Of a DNA stretch of 26,304 bases, positions 8,315-17,523 are shown in pieces. The notes under the pieces are model-generated. The model was not told the DNA's origin and did not search any database. It was given only the letters and a program-made list of their open reading frames with translations. This stretch comes from a virus (taxonomy: Duplodnaviria; Caudoviricetes). The stretch lies in the IMG/VR virus record IMGVR_UViG_3300022217_000045, positions 1 to 26,304 of that record, one strand, 5' to 3'. Both the position numbers and the translations under genes were made by a program. Each line of letters opens with the position of its first letter. Position 1 is the first letter of the stretch.

Positions 8315-9056
8315 AGAAGACATCATAGAAGCTAATTTAATCAAGGCTTTGAATAAAGTAGAGAATAAGATAACGGCATTAATAGCAACTCTTGATACTT
8401 CCAGGGGGCAATTAATAACTACCAATGTCAATCTTAGACGTGCTTTAGCAATGAGAACTGAGATTTTAAAGGCTATGGCTCCATATAATCGTGCTGCAAG
8501 AAATGCAACTGATTACTCTTTTGCTGTCAAAGAAGTTAGGGACAGATTGAAAGCGGCTGGTATAAAGTCAAGCATTACAAACGTGGATAAAGACCTTATT
8601 GATGCATTCTCAGCCGATGTATATACGGAATTAAGATCATCAGGAACAAGATATGCAGCAGATATAAGCAATAAAGTATATACAAATGTAATAGCAGGCG
8701 CACCACTTAACGATACTATCAATGATGTTAAACAATTACTCACAGGTGGCTTAGACCGGGCAGGCAGACCATTAGAAACACATGCAAAAACAATTGCAAC
8801 GACTAAATATAGAGAAATAGACTCAACACTAATTAAAAAGAAAGCTACAGAGGCAGGAATAACAAAGTTTAAATATGTTGGCTCTCTAATTAAAGATTCA
8901 AGGGATTTCTGTGCTAAAAGAGCCGGAAAAACGTACACATTGGAAGAAATAGAATCATGGAATGATCTTGAATGGCAAGGAAAGAAAAGCGGAGATGTTT
9001 TTATAACTCGCGGTGGTTGGAATTGTCGCCATAATTGGGGGCCAGTAGCAGAATAA
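8304..9056 (+). CDS. minor head protein (SPP1 gp7/Mu gpF-like)
   Basis: SRDFC...GGWNCRH C-terminal motif; TTG start. Confidence 0.75.
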   Translation: MADREDIIEANLIKALNKVENKITALIATLDTSRGQLITTNVNLRRALAMRTEILKAMAPYNRAARNATDYSFAVKEVRDRLKAAGIKSSITNVDKDLIDAFSADVYTELRSSGTRYAADISNKVYTNVIAGAPLNDTINDVKQLLTGGLDRAGRPLETHAKTIATTKYREIDSTLIKKKATEAGITKFKYVGSLIKDSRDFCAKRAGKTYTLEEIESWNDLEWQGKKSGDVFITRGGWNCRHNWGPVAE

Positions 9057-9075
9057 CAACAAAAGGAGGAATAAT

Positions 9076-9741
9076 ATGACAATAGAAGAATTACAAGAGC
9101 AAATGGAACAAATGAAGGCAGACTATGAAGCACAAATTAAGGCATTGAATGGTGAAGCCGCTAAATATCGAAAAACAGCAAGTGCCAGGGCTGAAGAGTT
9201 AAAGAAATTCGAAGGGCTTGATCTTTCAGAAATTGATAAACTTAAGGCGGATGCTGCACAGAGAGAAGAAGATAAACTTAAAGAGGCTGGTAAGTTCGAC
9301 GAATTAAAGGCCAACCTTACAAGAGAATATGAAGCCAAGCTTGAAGCTGCTCAGAAATTCGGAAATGGATGGCAGCAAAAGTATGAGTCAGTTGTTATTG
9401 ATAAAGCTTTAATCGATGCAGGTGCTAAACACAATGGAATTGCCCCTGCAGAAATTGCACAGCTTACAAGATCAAGGGTTAAGCTTGGAGAAGATGGAAA
9501 CCCGTTTATCATGAATGCCAATGGTGATACATTACTTGATGAGCAAGGGAATAGAATGACAATTGATGGTTATGTTGGTTCATGGCTACAAGATCATCCT
9601 CATCATGTTAAAGCGTCTGGCGGTGGAGCTGGAAGCAGCAATAACGGGGATGGTTCTAGCGGTACTAAAAAGGTTATTAGCTCTTCTGAAATAGGCAACA
9701 ATCTTGAAGATGTAGCAAGCGGGAAAGTTATAGTTCAATAA
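9076..9741 (+). CDS. capsid scaffolding protein
   Basis: AGGAGG RBS; coiled coil with EAAKYR; Gly/Ser-rich C-terminus; directly upstream of the coat gene. Confidence 0.8.
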   Translation: MTIEELQEQMEQMKADYEAQIKALNGEAAKYRKTASARAEELKKFEGLDLSEIDKLKADAAQREEDKLKEAGKFDELKANLTREYEAKLEAAQKFGNGWQQKYESVVIDKALIDAGAKHNGIAPAEIAQLTRSRVKLGEDGNPFIMNANGDTLLDEQGNRMTIDGYVGSWLQDHPHHVKASGGGAGSSNNGDGSSGTKKVISSSEIGNNLEDVASGKVIVQ

Positions 9742-9744
9742 CAT

Positions 9745-9773
9745 TTGCAATTTAAGTAAAGATAGGATATTAT
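9745..9773 (+). promoter_or_regulatory. internal sigma70 promoter upstream of the major capsid gene
   Basis: TTGCAA (9745-9750), 17 bp, TATTAT (9768-9773). Confidence 0.55.
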
Positions 9774-9800
9774 AAACAAGAAATAGGCTTTATGCCACGA

Positions 9801-9912
9801 ATTAACCCCGTTGGGTTCGATGTCTGAAAAACATCGTTAAAAAAGTTTCAGAGTAGGCCAGGTGCCTCGGAAGTGACCGATTCACTAAACTTTTACCCAA
9901 TGGAGAGTTAAT
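9801..9912 (+). promoter_or_regulatory. multi-branched structured 5' leader of the capsid mRNA that sequesters the RBS
   Basis: 9801-9816 pairs 9895-9912; inner stems CGATGT/ACATCG, AAAAGTTT/AAACTTTT, AGGC/GCCT, CGG/CCG. Confidence 0.55.
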
Positions 9913-9913
9913 C

Positions 9914-11047
9914 ATGGCAAATAGTCTTGAAGAAGTAACCCCCGTACTAATCGCGCAGGGTCTTATGGCTTTGCGTGAAAATGCTATTATGCCTCGAATA
10001 GTCAATATGGACTATCAAGACGAGGCAAGAGAAAAAGGTGATGTTGTCAACATCCCTATTCCTTCCGCAGTTGCTGCTACAGATGTAGCGCCAGGACTTG
10101 TACCAACAGCAGGCACAGATGTAATTCCCACAAAAGCTACGGTTGAATTAAATCAGTGGAAAGAAGCTAAGTTCCAGATGACTGATACCGATATCCAGAA
10201 AGCTTTGGATGGTATCATGCCTATGCAAGCAAGTGAGGCTGTCAAATCTCTTGGAAACGCTATTGATAATTATGTCCATAGTCTTTATACAGGGATTTAT
10301 AGTGTGTCAGGTGTTGCTGGTAATACACCTTTCAGCTCAGACTTAACTGAGGGAACATGGGCAAGGAAAAACCTTAATAACAATCTTGCACCTTTAGACA
10401 ATAGGCGTTATGTCCTCGACCCTGACGCAGAAGCTAACTTCTTAAATGTCGCAACCATAATCAATGCAAATCAACGTGGTGATACTGACGGTGTAAGAGA
10501 AGCTTCTATGGGTCGCAAAATTGGTTTTGACTTCTATATGAGTCAGAATGTCACTACCCACGTTAGTACACCATTTACGGCAGGTGCTGTTACTGTTAAT
10601 GGTGCTAATGTCGCTGGTTCAGACACAATATCACTTAATAAAATCACTAATCCGACCGATCTAGTCAAAGGTGACATTCTTACCTTTGCCGGAGATGATC
10701 AGACATATACGGTTACCGCCGATGTAACTTTAATAATTGGTAACACTACTGTCGGTATATCTCCATCTTTGCAAGTAACTACAACAGGTGGCGAAGCAGT
10801 TACATTGACAGCATCACATGTTGTCAATCTTGCTATGCACAGAGATGCTTTTGCACTTGCAACCAGACCACTTTTAGATATTGGTGGCGGACTAGGAAAT
10901 ATCATTCAATCTGCAACCGACCCTGTGACTGGTCTTACATTGAGATTAGAGATAAGCAGGCAACATAAGCAAACACAATTTGCATATGATATATTGTGGG
11001 GTGCAACACTTGTCAGGCCGGAACTAGCTGACAGATCAATGGGATAA
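9914..11047 (+). CDS. major capsid protein (P22 coat-like, HK97 fold)
   Basis: KGDVVNIPIP, GRKIGFDFYMSQNV, NLAMHRDAFALATRPL and YDILWG motifs; central insertion domain. Confidence 0.9.
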   Translation: MANSLEEVTPVLIAQGLMALRENAIMPRIVNMDYQDEAREKGDVVNIPIPSAVAATDVAPGLVPTAGTDVIPTKATVELNQWKEAKFQMTDTDIQKALDGIMPMQASEAVKSLGNAIDNYVHSLYTGIYSVSGVAGNTPFSSDLTEGTWARKNLNNNLAPLDNRRYVLDPDAEANFLNVATIINANQRGDTDGVREASMGRKIGFDFYMSQNVTTHVSTPFTAGAVTVNGANVAGSDTISLNKITNPTDLVKGDILTFAGDDQTYTVTADVTLIIGNTTVGISPSLQVTTTGGEAVTLTASHVVNLAMHRDAFALATRPLLDIGGGLGNIIQSATDPVTGLTLRLEISRQHKQTQFAYDILWGATLVRPELADRSMG

Positions 11048-11053
11048 TGAATC

Positions 11054-11080
11054 AGGGGGGCTTAAAGCCCCCTTTATTTT
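11054..11080 (+). terminator. rho-independent terminator after the capsid gene
   Basis: GGGGGC-TTAAA-GCCCCC followed by TTTATTTT. Confidence 0.8.
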
Positions 11081-11091
11081 AAGGAGATAAT

Positions 11092-11283
11092 ATGTCAAAA
11101 GTAAAGACAGTTAAAGTAATGTGTGAAGGTTTACCGTTTATAGTTATCAACGAAAGTGATCTTACCAGTGATCATACTCTTTATGAAGAAGAAGCTACAG
11201 AAGTTAATAATGCAATCAGTGAAGATGATCAATCTGAAGAAGTTGAGCAACCTAAAAAACGGGGACGTAAGAAACGCACATGA
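11092..11283 (+). CDS. small head-associated protein
   Basis: AAGGAG RBS; INESD motif and basic KKRGRKK tail, typical of the gene after the coat. Confidence 0.7.
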   Translation: MSKVKTVKVMCEGLPFIVINESDLTSDHTLYEEEATEVNNAISEDDQSEEVEQPKKRGRKKRT

Positions 11284-11708
11284 TACCGTATATTACAGAT
11301 ACAGACCTTGCCAAACATGTCCCTGATATTAATGATCATAATCCCCCGTCAAACTGGTCAGATCAAATTCAGTATGGTACGGATGATGTACTTAATAAGA
11401 TCAAAGCGGCATGGTGGCCTCAGGTAACAGACCCTATTTATGAATTAGATGAATCATTACTCAATACTGATGCCTTAGCTAATCTTGCAATATATTGTTG
11501 CTTAGGGTTTTATGCTTTGCCTTACTTGGCTACCGAAAGAGACAAAGATGGTGATTCATTTTCCCGGAAAGCTGAGTATTATAGAGGTAGATATAACGAA
11601 GAATGGGAAGTTGTAAAAGAATTGCCTCTATATGATTTTGATGGGGATACACAATTTGAAGATTCTGAGCGCCAAGGTCCAATTGTAAGGGAGTTAGTAC
11701 GTGGCTGA
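11280..11708 (+). CDS. head-tail adaptor (putative)
   Basis: Position and size; helical; YITDTDL N-terminus. Confidence 0.6.
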   Translation: MIPYITDTDLAKHVPDINDHNPPSNWSDQIQYGTDDVLNKIKAAWWPQVTDPIYELDESLLNTDALANLAIYCCLGFYALPYLATERDKDGDSFSRKAEYYRGRYNEEWEVVKELPLYDFDGDTQFEDSERQGPIVRELVRG

Positions 11709-12147
11709 TAAGGAATCTGCATTAGTAGCTATTAAAACAGAGCTTGAAACGATAACTATAACAAATGGGTATAGCTTTGATATTAAGAAGGTAACAAGAC
11801 AATTCGAAACCATTAAAAATATAGCTGTTACAGATTTTCCTTGTTTAATAATTGAAGACGATGGTGCAGAAGAACTTGATTTTAAAACAGGTGGTTTTGC
11901 TGACATACAAGTAGATATTAATATCATTGGATATGTAAATAACAGGGATAATGTTAGTACTAAACTTAACGAACTTGATAATGCACTTACTAAGGCGATT
12001 TATAGTAACCCGACATTATCCGGGGCCGTTGGTCATGTATCAATTGTGGAAATCAAAGAAAGAAGTGGCTCACAATATAATCCCTACGGATTTTTTGTAA
12101 GACCAATTAAGTTGTTTTATGAAGTTCAATTACCTAACGGACTATAA
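11701..12147 (+). CDS. tail terminator/neck protein (putative)
   Basis: ITITNGY, FPCLII and PTLSG motifs; upstream of the tail tube. Confidence 0.65.
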   Translation: MADKESALVAIKTELETITITNGYSFDIKKVTRQFETIKNIAVTDFPCLIIEDDGAEELDFKTGGFADIQVDINIIGYVNNRDNVSTKLNELDNALTKAIYSNPTLSGAVGHVSIVEIKERSGSQYNPYGFFVRPIKLFYEVQLPNGL

Positions 12148-12157
12148 GAGGTAAATC

Positions 12158-12247
12158 ATGGAAAAGAAATCAGAGCCTAAAAAAAAAGAGGCACCGACTG
12201 TAAAAGCTACAATTAAGAGAAAAATCAAGAAAGGAGGCGATAAATAA
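12158..12247 (+). CDS. 29 aa Lys-rich peptide
   Basis: GAGG RBS, ATG 12158, TAATG coupling to the tube gene. Confidence 0.4.
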   Translation: MEKKSEPKKKEAPTVKATIKRKIKKGGDK

Positions 12248-13161
12248 TGGCTGTAAAATACGATAGAGTACTACTTGCAAAAACAGAAGTTACAAAAGGA
12301 ACAGATGCGGTGCCAGTTGTGGGAAGTGATGCAATAAGATGCCGAACTTTTGATGTTTCCGTAACCCCGGATGTTATTGACAATGTAGCAGTTAAGCAAA
12401 CAATGGGCATGTTGCCACACTTGATAGGTAAAGAGATTATGCAACTTGACGTTGAAATAGCTGTTAAGGGTTCGGGCGCGGCGGGTACAGCTCCGGAATT
12501 CGGGCCATTACTTAAGGCTTGTGGACTGGCTGAAACAGTTACGCCGGCTACATCAGTGGCTTATGACCCGTCATCAGACATTGCAAATCATGACTCAGTA
12601 ACGGTTTATGCTTATAAAGATGGACTTTTATGGAAATTCCTTGGCGCAGTAGGTACAGGCCCGATAACCGTAACGATGAATGAAATCATTACTATTTCGT
12701 TTACTTTGCAGGCTCCTTATTTAGCACCGACAGCCGTAGCAGACCCGGCTGGGGCTGTTTATCAAGCAAGTCAACCTCTAGTGGGTAATAGTAGTGATGT
12801 TGTTAACGATGGTTCGGTTATTAAAGTAGGTACTTTCTCCCTCGACATGGCTAACGACGTACAAGAGCATTATGTTACAGGTGATCATCAATTTGTTGTT
12901 GCAGATAGAGCGCCAGTTTTGACGTTTACAAAAGATTCAGTAGCAACAGCCGCAGAATGGGCAGCTTTATCAGGTGGTACAAACGCTGCTTTGTCCGGTA
13001 CGTTTGGAGCTACGGCAGGCAATATATGCGCGATTACCGCACCCGTAGGAAGACGAGAAACGATAGCTTATGGAGAAAGAGCAGAACGGGATTTACTCGA
13101 TGTAGGTTATCGCTTATATGAGAGTACGGGAGATGATCAATTTCAAATTTTATTTACATAA
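12247..13161 (+). CDS. major tail tube protein
   Basis: LLAKTEVTKGTDAVP and GSGAAGTAPEFGPLLKACGL motifs; position before chaperone and tape measure. Confidence 0.8.
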   Translation: MAVKYDRVLLAKTEVTKGTDAVPVVGSDAIRCRTFDVSVTPDVIDNVAVKQTMGMLPHLIGKEIMQLDVEIAVKGSGAAGTAPEFGPLLKACGLAETVTPATSVAYDPSSDIANHDSVTVYAYKDGLLWKFLGAVGTGPITVTMNEIITISFTLQAPYLAPTAVADPAGAVYQASQPLVGNSSDVVNDGSVIKVGTFSLDMANDVQEHYVTGDHQFVVADRAPVLTFTKDSVATAAEWAALSGGTNAALSGTFGATAGNICAITAPVGRRETIAYGERAERDLLDVGYRLYESTGDDQFQILFT

Positions 13162-13170
13162 AGGAGGATT

Positions 13171-13581
13171 ATGAAGCTATTAGGAACTGACGAAATAGTA
13201 AAGGAAGGTGGGCCTGTTAGATTTACTATGCATCCGGTTACAACAGCAATACAGACTTATTATATGGAATCATCATTAGGTGGAGTGAGTCTTTCTGAAA
13301 ATGTCGAAATAATCCAATATGCTCTTAAAAATGTCATCACAGATATTTGGATTGATGGCAAGACATACAACCCAATAGATTTAGCAGATAGAAGTGATCT
13401 TACAGACGCAACAACGAGGAATATTTTTCTTTTGATTGGACGTTTAGTCATGGAAGAGGTTGTCTTAGGGGCCGAAACTGAAAAAAAGTCCGAGCTGCCG
13501 CAGAAGCTTGGCTCTTCGGCAGACAATGCAGAAAATGTCCCCGCTCAGAAAACGGGCAAAAGCCACAAGAAGGTTGCATAA
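13171..13581 (+). CDS. tail assembly chaperone (G)
   Basis: Between tube and tape measure; contains slippery A AAA AAG at 13482-13488. Confidence 0.8.
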   Translation: MKLLGTDEIVKEGGPVRFTMHPVTTAIQTYYMESSLGGVSLSENVEIIQYALKNVITDIWIDGKTYNPIDLADRSDLTDATTRNIFLLIGRLVMEEVVLGAETEKKSELPQKLGSSADNAENVPAQKTGKSHKKVA

Positions 13582-13796
13582 GTGATTACCCGATAGCCTG
13601 GATACAAGAAATTGAAACGTTAGAATGTCCTGTGCCATGGATAAGAGATTTTGACAAAATATTTACCGCTTATAAATGGAGTAGACACGGCCATTTGCCA
13701 CAAATAGGCGGGGTTTTCGATCAACCAGCAATATTAATGCAGTGTATCCAAATAGTTGAAAGCATAGTGACGAAATGGCAGAAAAACTCAAGATAG
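13488..13796 (+). CDS. tail assembly chaperone -1 frameshift extension (GT, about 208 aa fusion)
   Basis: -1 frame open for 102 codons: VRAAAEAWLFGRQCRKC...GHLPQIGGVFDQP...KNSR*. Confidence 0.8.
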   Translation, partial: VRAAAEAWLFGRQCRKCPRSENGQKPQEGCISDYPIAWIQEIETLECPVPWIRDFDKIFTAYKWSRHGHLPQIGGVFDQPAILMQCIQIVESIVTKWQKNSR

Positions 13797-16090
13797 TCAT
13801 AGAGGGTGACAATAAAAAGGCTAAAAAAGCAGTTTCAGATGTTAATAGTGGTTTAGACACTGTTACTAAAGCATTAGCTAAGTATACAGCGGCAGCGGCA
13901 GTTGCCGGGACTGCTTTTGTTGCATTTAAAAAATCGATTCAAATTACCGCGCAATTTGAGTCTGCGATTTCTGATTTATCGGCTATCACTGGGGCCAGCG
14001 GTGAAGATTTAAAGTTTTTATCTGATGCTGCCAAAGAAATGGGAGCAACTACTACTAAGTCGGCATCAGAAGCAGCGGAAGCAATGAAACTTGTTGCTTC
14101 CGCAAAACCAGATTTATTAGCAAATGCTGATGCGTTAACAAGAGTAACCAAAGAAGCTTTGACTTTAGCAGAGGCAGCAGGCGCAACACTTCCAGAAGCA
14201 GCAAATACTCTTGGTTCATCCCTTAATCAATTTGGTGCGGAAGCAGATCAAGCAGGTAGATTTATTAATGTACTTGCAGCTGGAGCTAAAGAAGGTGCAA
14301 GCGAAATAAATGAAACATCAGCAGCCCTAAAAGAATCTGGCACAGTAGCTAGTGCCGCAGGAATATCTTTCGAATCAGTTAATGCTGCAATACAAGCAAT
14401 GTCTACAGTTGCTATCAAAGGTAGTCAGGCTGGAACAAATCTTAGAAATATTATCCTCAAACTCCAAACCCAGACAGAAGAAGGTTTTAATCCGGCAGTA
14501 GTTGGATTAGAAAAAGCCCTTAAAAATTTACAAGAAGCTAATCTCGATACAACTGAATTAACAAAATTATTTGGTCTTGAAAGTGTTACGGCAGCACAGG
14601 CACTAATTAATCAAGCTGATAATGTTGCTGAATTAACAGACAAATTAACTGATACAAATACTGCTTATGATCAAGCTTCTATAAAGACGGATAATATGGC
14701 TGGCGATATGGCAGCGCTTACATCAGCTATAGAAGGTGCAGCTATTGAATTTGGGGAAGAATTTGGCCCAACAATTAGAGAGGTATTGCAAACAACTACA
14801 GAACTTATTAGAGATTTAACGCCAGTAGCTAAAGCTACAGCTGAGGCGATAGTAGTAGCATTTAAACCTGTTTTACTTACATTCCAAGCAATTGGTGATT
14901 CAATCGATACCTTTCAGGCGGCAGCAGAAGCCTCAGATGCAAAAGTAAAGTCTGTAATTAATGCAACCAAAGCATTCAATAAGGTTTTAAGGCCAAATAG
15001 GGAATTATTAAAAGAACTTGGCGTAAATATAAGGGATATCGACCCTAGAAATGTAGATGCAGTTAACGCTGCTTTATCAGTATTAAACAAGCATGCTGCC
15101 GCGAACAATACAAAACTTATTACAAGAAATACCCTAAATGAAAAATTTATAAAAACGCAAGAACAGATTAAAAAGATAGCTATAGAAACACCAATAGAAC
15201 CAATAGTTGCTGAGCCGCCTAAAGATAAAAAACTAAGTAAAAAAGAAAAAGAAGAACAAGAAAGCATTGAGAAATCTATAGCTGCACAACAAGCAAAGTG
15301 GGATAGGCTTGAACAGATGGCTATCGATAGTCAATTAAACGAAGAAGATAGAGAAATTCAAAGACATGCAAGACAATTAGAAACTATTGAACAAGATAAG
15401 CAACGACTTATCGATTTAGGCGCAAGTGAAGCCGAAATAAGAGCTATGGCACATGAAGCTGAAGTGGCAGAGCAAGTATTGCATAATGTCAGACTTCTGG
15501 AGATTGAAGAGGCCGCTTTAAACCAGCGTAAAGATTTTAGAGACATGACTGATGATGAGAGAATAGCATCATCTAAAGCTATGGCAGGAGAAATACTAGG
15601 GATTGCAGCTGGATTTAACAAAGATGCTTTTATATTGCAGAAAAACATTGCATTAGCTACTACAGCAGTGTCATTACCAACGGCAGTAATAGAGTCATTT
15701 GAGAACGGTGGTGGGTATCCATGGGGGTTAATACCTGCTGCTTTAATGGCGGCAAGGGGCGCGGCTGAGATAGCAACAATAACAGGAACATCATATACAG
15801 GACAAGCACATGCCGGATTAGATACAGTTCCGGAAGATGGTACTTTTCTTTTAAGACGTGATGAAATGGTGTTAGACCCAGGAACATCAAGCGCAGTTAG
15901 AAACGCTGCAATAAATGCAGCATCACCACAAAAAATGGGGCATACATTTAACTTTAATTTTGAAATAAATAACCCTTTATCAATACAGAATTGGAAGGAA
16001 ATTATAGAAGAAGATATTGCCCCACGAATGATTGACGCTGTTAGAAAAGGGATTGATTTCGGACTACAACCAGAGGAGAAATTTGCATGA
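13775..16090 (+). CDS. tail tape measure protein (TP901-like)
   Basis: 771 aa, Ala-rich helical; IKGSQAGTNLRN and LFGLE motifs. Confidence 0.93.
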   Translation: MAEKLKIVIEGDNKKAKKAVSDVNSGLDTVTKALAKYTAAAAVAGTAFVAFKKSIQITAQFESAISDLSAITGASGEDLKFLSDAAKEMGATTTKSASEAAEAMKLVASAKPDLLANADALTRVTKEALTLAEAAGATLPEAANTLGSSLNQFGAEADQAGRFINVLAAGAKEGASEINETSAALKESGTVASAAGISFESVNAAIQAMSTVAIKGSQAGTNLRNIILKLQTQTEEGFNPAVVGLEKALKNLQEANLDTTELTKLFGLESVTAAQALINQADNVAELTDKLTDTNTAYDQASIKTDNMAGDMAALTSAIEGAAIEFGEEFGPTIREVLQTTTELIRDLTPVAKATAEAIVVAFKPVLLTFQAIGDSIDTFQAAAEASDAKVKSVINATKAFNKVLRPNRELLKELGVNIRDIDPRNVDAVNAALSVLNKHAAANNTKLITRNTLNEKFIKTQEQIKKIAIETPIEPIVAEPPKDKKLSKKEKEEQESIEKSIAAQQAKWDRLEQMAIDSQLNEEDREIQRHARQLETIEQDKQRLIDLGASEAEIRAMAHEAEVAEQVLHNVRLLEIEEAALNQRKDFRDMTDDERIASSKAMAGEILGIAAGFNKDAFILQKNIALATTAVSLPTAVIESFENGGGYPWGLIPAALMAARGAAEIATITGTSYTGQAHAGLDTVPEDGTFLLRRDEMVLDPGTSSAVRNAAINAASPQKMGHTFNFNFEINNPLSIQNWKEIIEEDIAPRMIDAVRKGIDFGLQPEEKFA

Positions 16091-17523
16091 GTATAGGTGG
16101 CAAAGTTACATTATTGGCAGATAATCAAGTCCCTGTCTTTACTCCAACGAGTGAGGCAACAGGATTTGAAGCAACACATTTGACGGATGGTAATGAAACA
16201 ACAATCTGGAAACCAACCGGGTTCACAACACAGACATTGACATATGATATTGGGGTGCCTTTGATATCAAGCTTTGCAACTTCTGTATTTGATGTAAGTG
16301 CGACATCTCCAAATGGGATTTCCTATGCCCCTGATGGCACTCTATGGATTGTTGATACCGCTACTGACAAAGTTTATAATATTACGCAAACAGGGACATT
16401 AATATCTTCTTTTCTTACTTCTATATTTGATGCAAGCGCAACTGATACTGCAGGGATAAGCTATGCTTCTGATGGTACTTTATGGGTATGTGATGTTATC
16501 ACAAATAAAATATACAACATTGAATTAGATGGCACATTAATATCTTCTTTTGCCACCTCTGTCTTTGATGCAAGTGCAGTAGCACCAAAGGGGATTACTT
16601 ATGCCCTTGACGGCACTTTATGGATATGTGATGTTATCACAAATAAAATTTACAATGTTGAATTAGATGGCACATTAATATCTTCTTTTGCCACCTCTGT
16701 CTTTGATGCAAGTGCAGTAGCACCCAATGGCGTATCCTATGCACTTGATGATACTTTATGGATTAGTGATTTTTTTACGGATAAGATTTACAATATTGAA
16801 ACTGATGGCACATTAATAACCTCTTTTGCCACCTCTGTCTTTGATGCAAGTGCAAAACAGCCTGCCGGAATTTCCTACGCCCCTGATGGCACTCTATGGA
16901 TATGTGATATTGTTACGGATAAGATTTACAATATCAAGGAAATGCTTGCCTTTGACAGCCTCTTTCTATCAGGCCATAATCTCAACACTGTAGGTGCTGA
17001 AATCTTATGGCAGTATTCTGATAATGGCTCTACTTGGGTAGATATTAACTACCCTTTCTCTCCTGCTAATGATAAGAGCATAGGGGTAAGACTTGATGCC
17101 ATGCGTACAACTCGTGCAGTGAGAGTGCAATTATCATCCATGACAGCCCTCCCTTATATAGCCAACCTAATTATCACAAAGCAGTCAGAAATTGATTATG
17201 CTGGGCTATATGACCCACATAGGACTCGTATAGAGCGCACAGTCAATAAGACGCTTCATGGCCAAGTTTCAGACGTTACAGAGTACTACCGGGAAAGGAT
17301 CCTTACCTTGACTTTTGCTACTGTTAATGACCCAACATATAAAAAGATCAAGAGGTATTTTGATAATCACGCCTCAGATATTATTGGTGTTTATTGGGAG
17401 CCTGAATTCCATCAAGACGACGTATGGCCTATGACGTTAGATAGTGATGAGCTTAATGCGCCATTTGTTGTATCTGGAGTTACTAGAAGTGTAACTATAC
17501 AATTGCGCGGGGTAGAGGAATGA
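16087..17523 (+). CDS. distal tail (Dit-position) protein with a discoidin-like domain interrupted by a five-repeat beta-propeller
   Basis: Directly after tape measure; LTDGNETTIW...YDIG and FDSLFLSGHNL...QYSDNGSTW flank five 46-aa repeats. Confidence 0.7.
   Translation: MSIGGKVTLLADNQVPVFTPTSEATGFEATHLTDGNETTIWKPTGFTTQTLTYDIGVPLISSFATSVFDVSATSPNGISYAPDGTLWIVDTATDKVYNITQTGTLISSFLTSIFDASATDTAGISYASDGTLWVCDVITNKIYNIELDGTLISSFATSVFDASAVAPKGITYALDGTLWICDVITNKIYNVELDGTLISSFATSVFDASAVAPNGVSYALDDTLWISDFFTDKIYNIETDGTLITSFATSVFDASAKQPAGISYAPDGTLWICDIVTDKIYNIKEMLAFDSLFLSGHNLNTVGAEILWQYSDNGSTWVDINYPFSPANDKSIGVRLDAMRTTRAVRVQLSSMTALPYIANLIITKQSEIDYAGLYDPHRTRIERTVNKTLHGQVSDVTEYYRERILTLTFATVNDPTYKKIKRYFDNHASDIIGVYWEPEFHQDDVWPMTLDSDELNAPFVVSGVTRSVTIQLRGVEE
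16261..16935 (+). repeat. five tandem 138-bp (46 aa) coding repeats
   Basis: Unit LISSFATSVFDASAxxPxGISYAxDGTLWICDxxTDKIYNIxxDGT; 67 bp identical at 16520-16586 and 16658-16724. Confidence 0.92.

Noticed and set aside
12247-13161. Contractile tail sheath, gene transfer agent or tailocin
   Set aside because: No sheath or baseplate wedge genes; full head module plus recombination genes and a tRNA indicate a siphovirus-type phage
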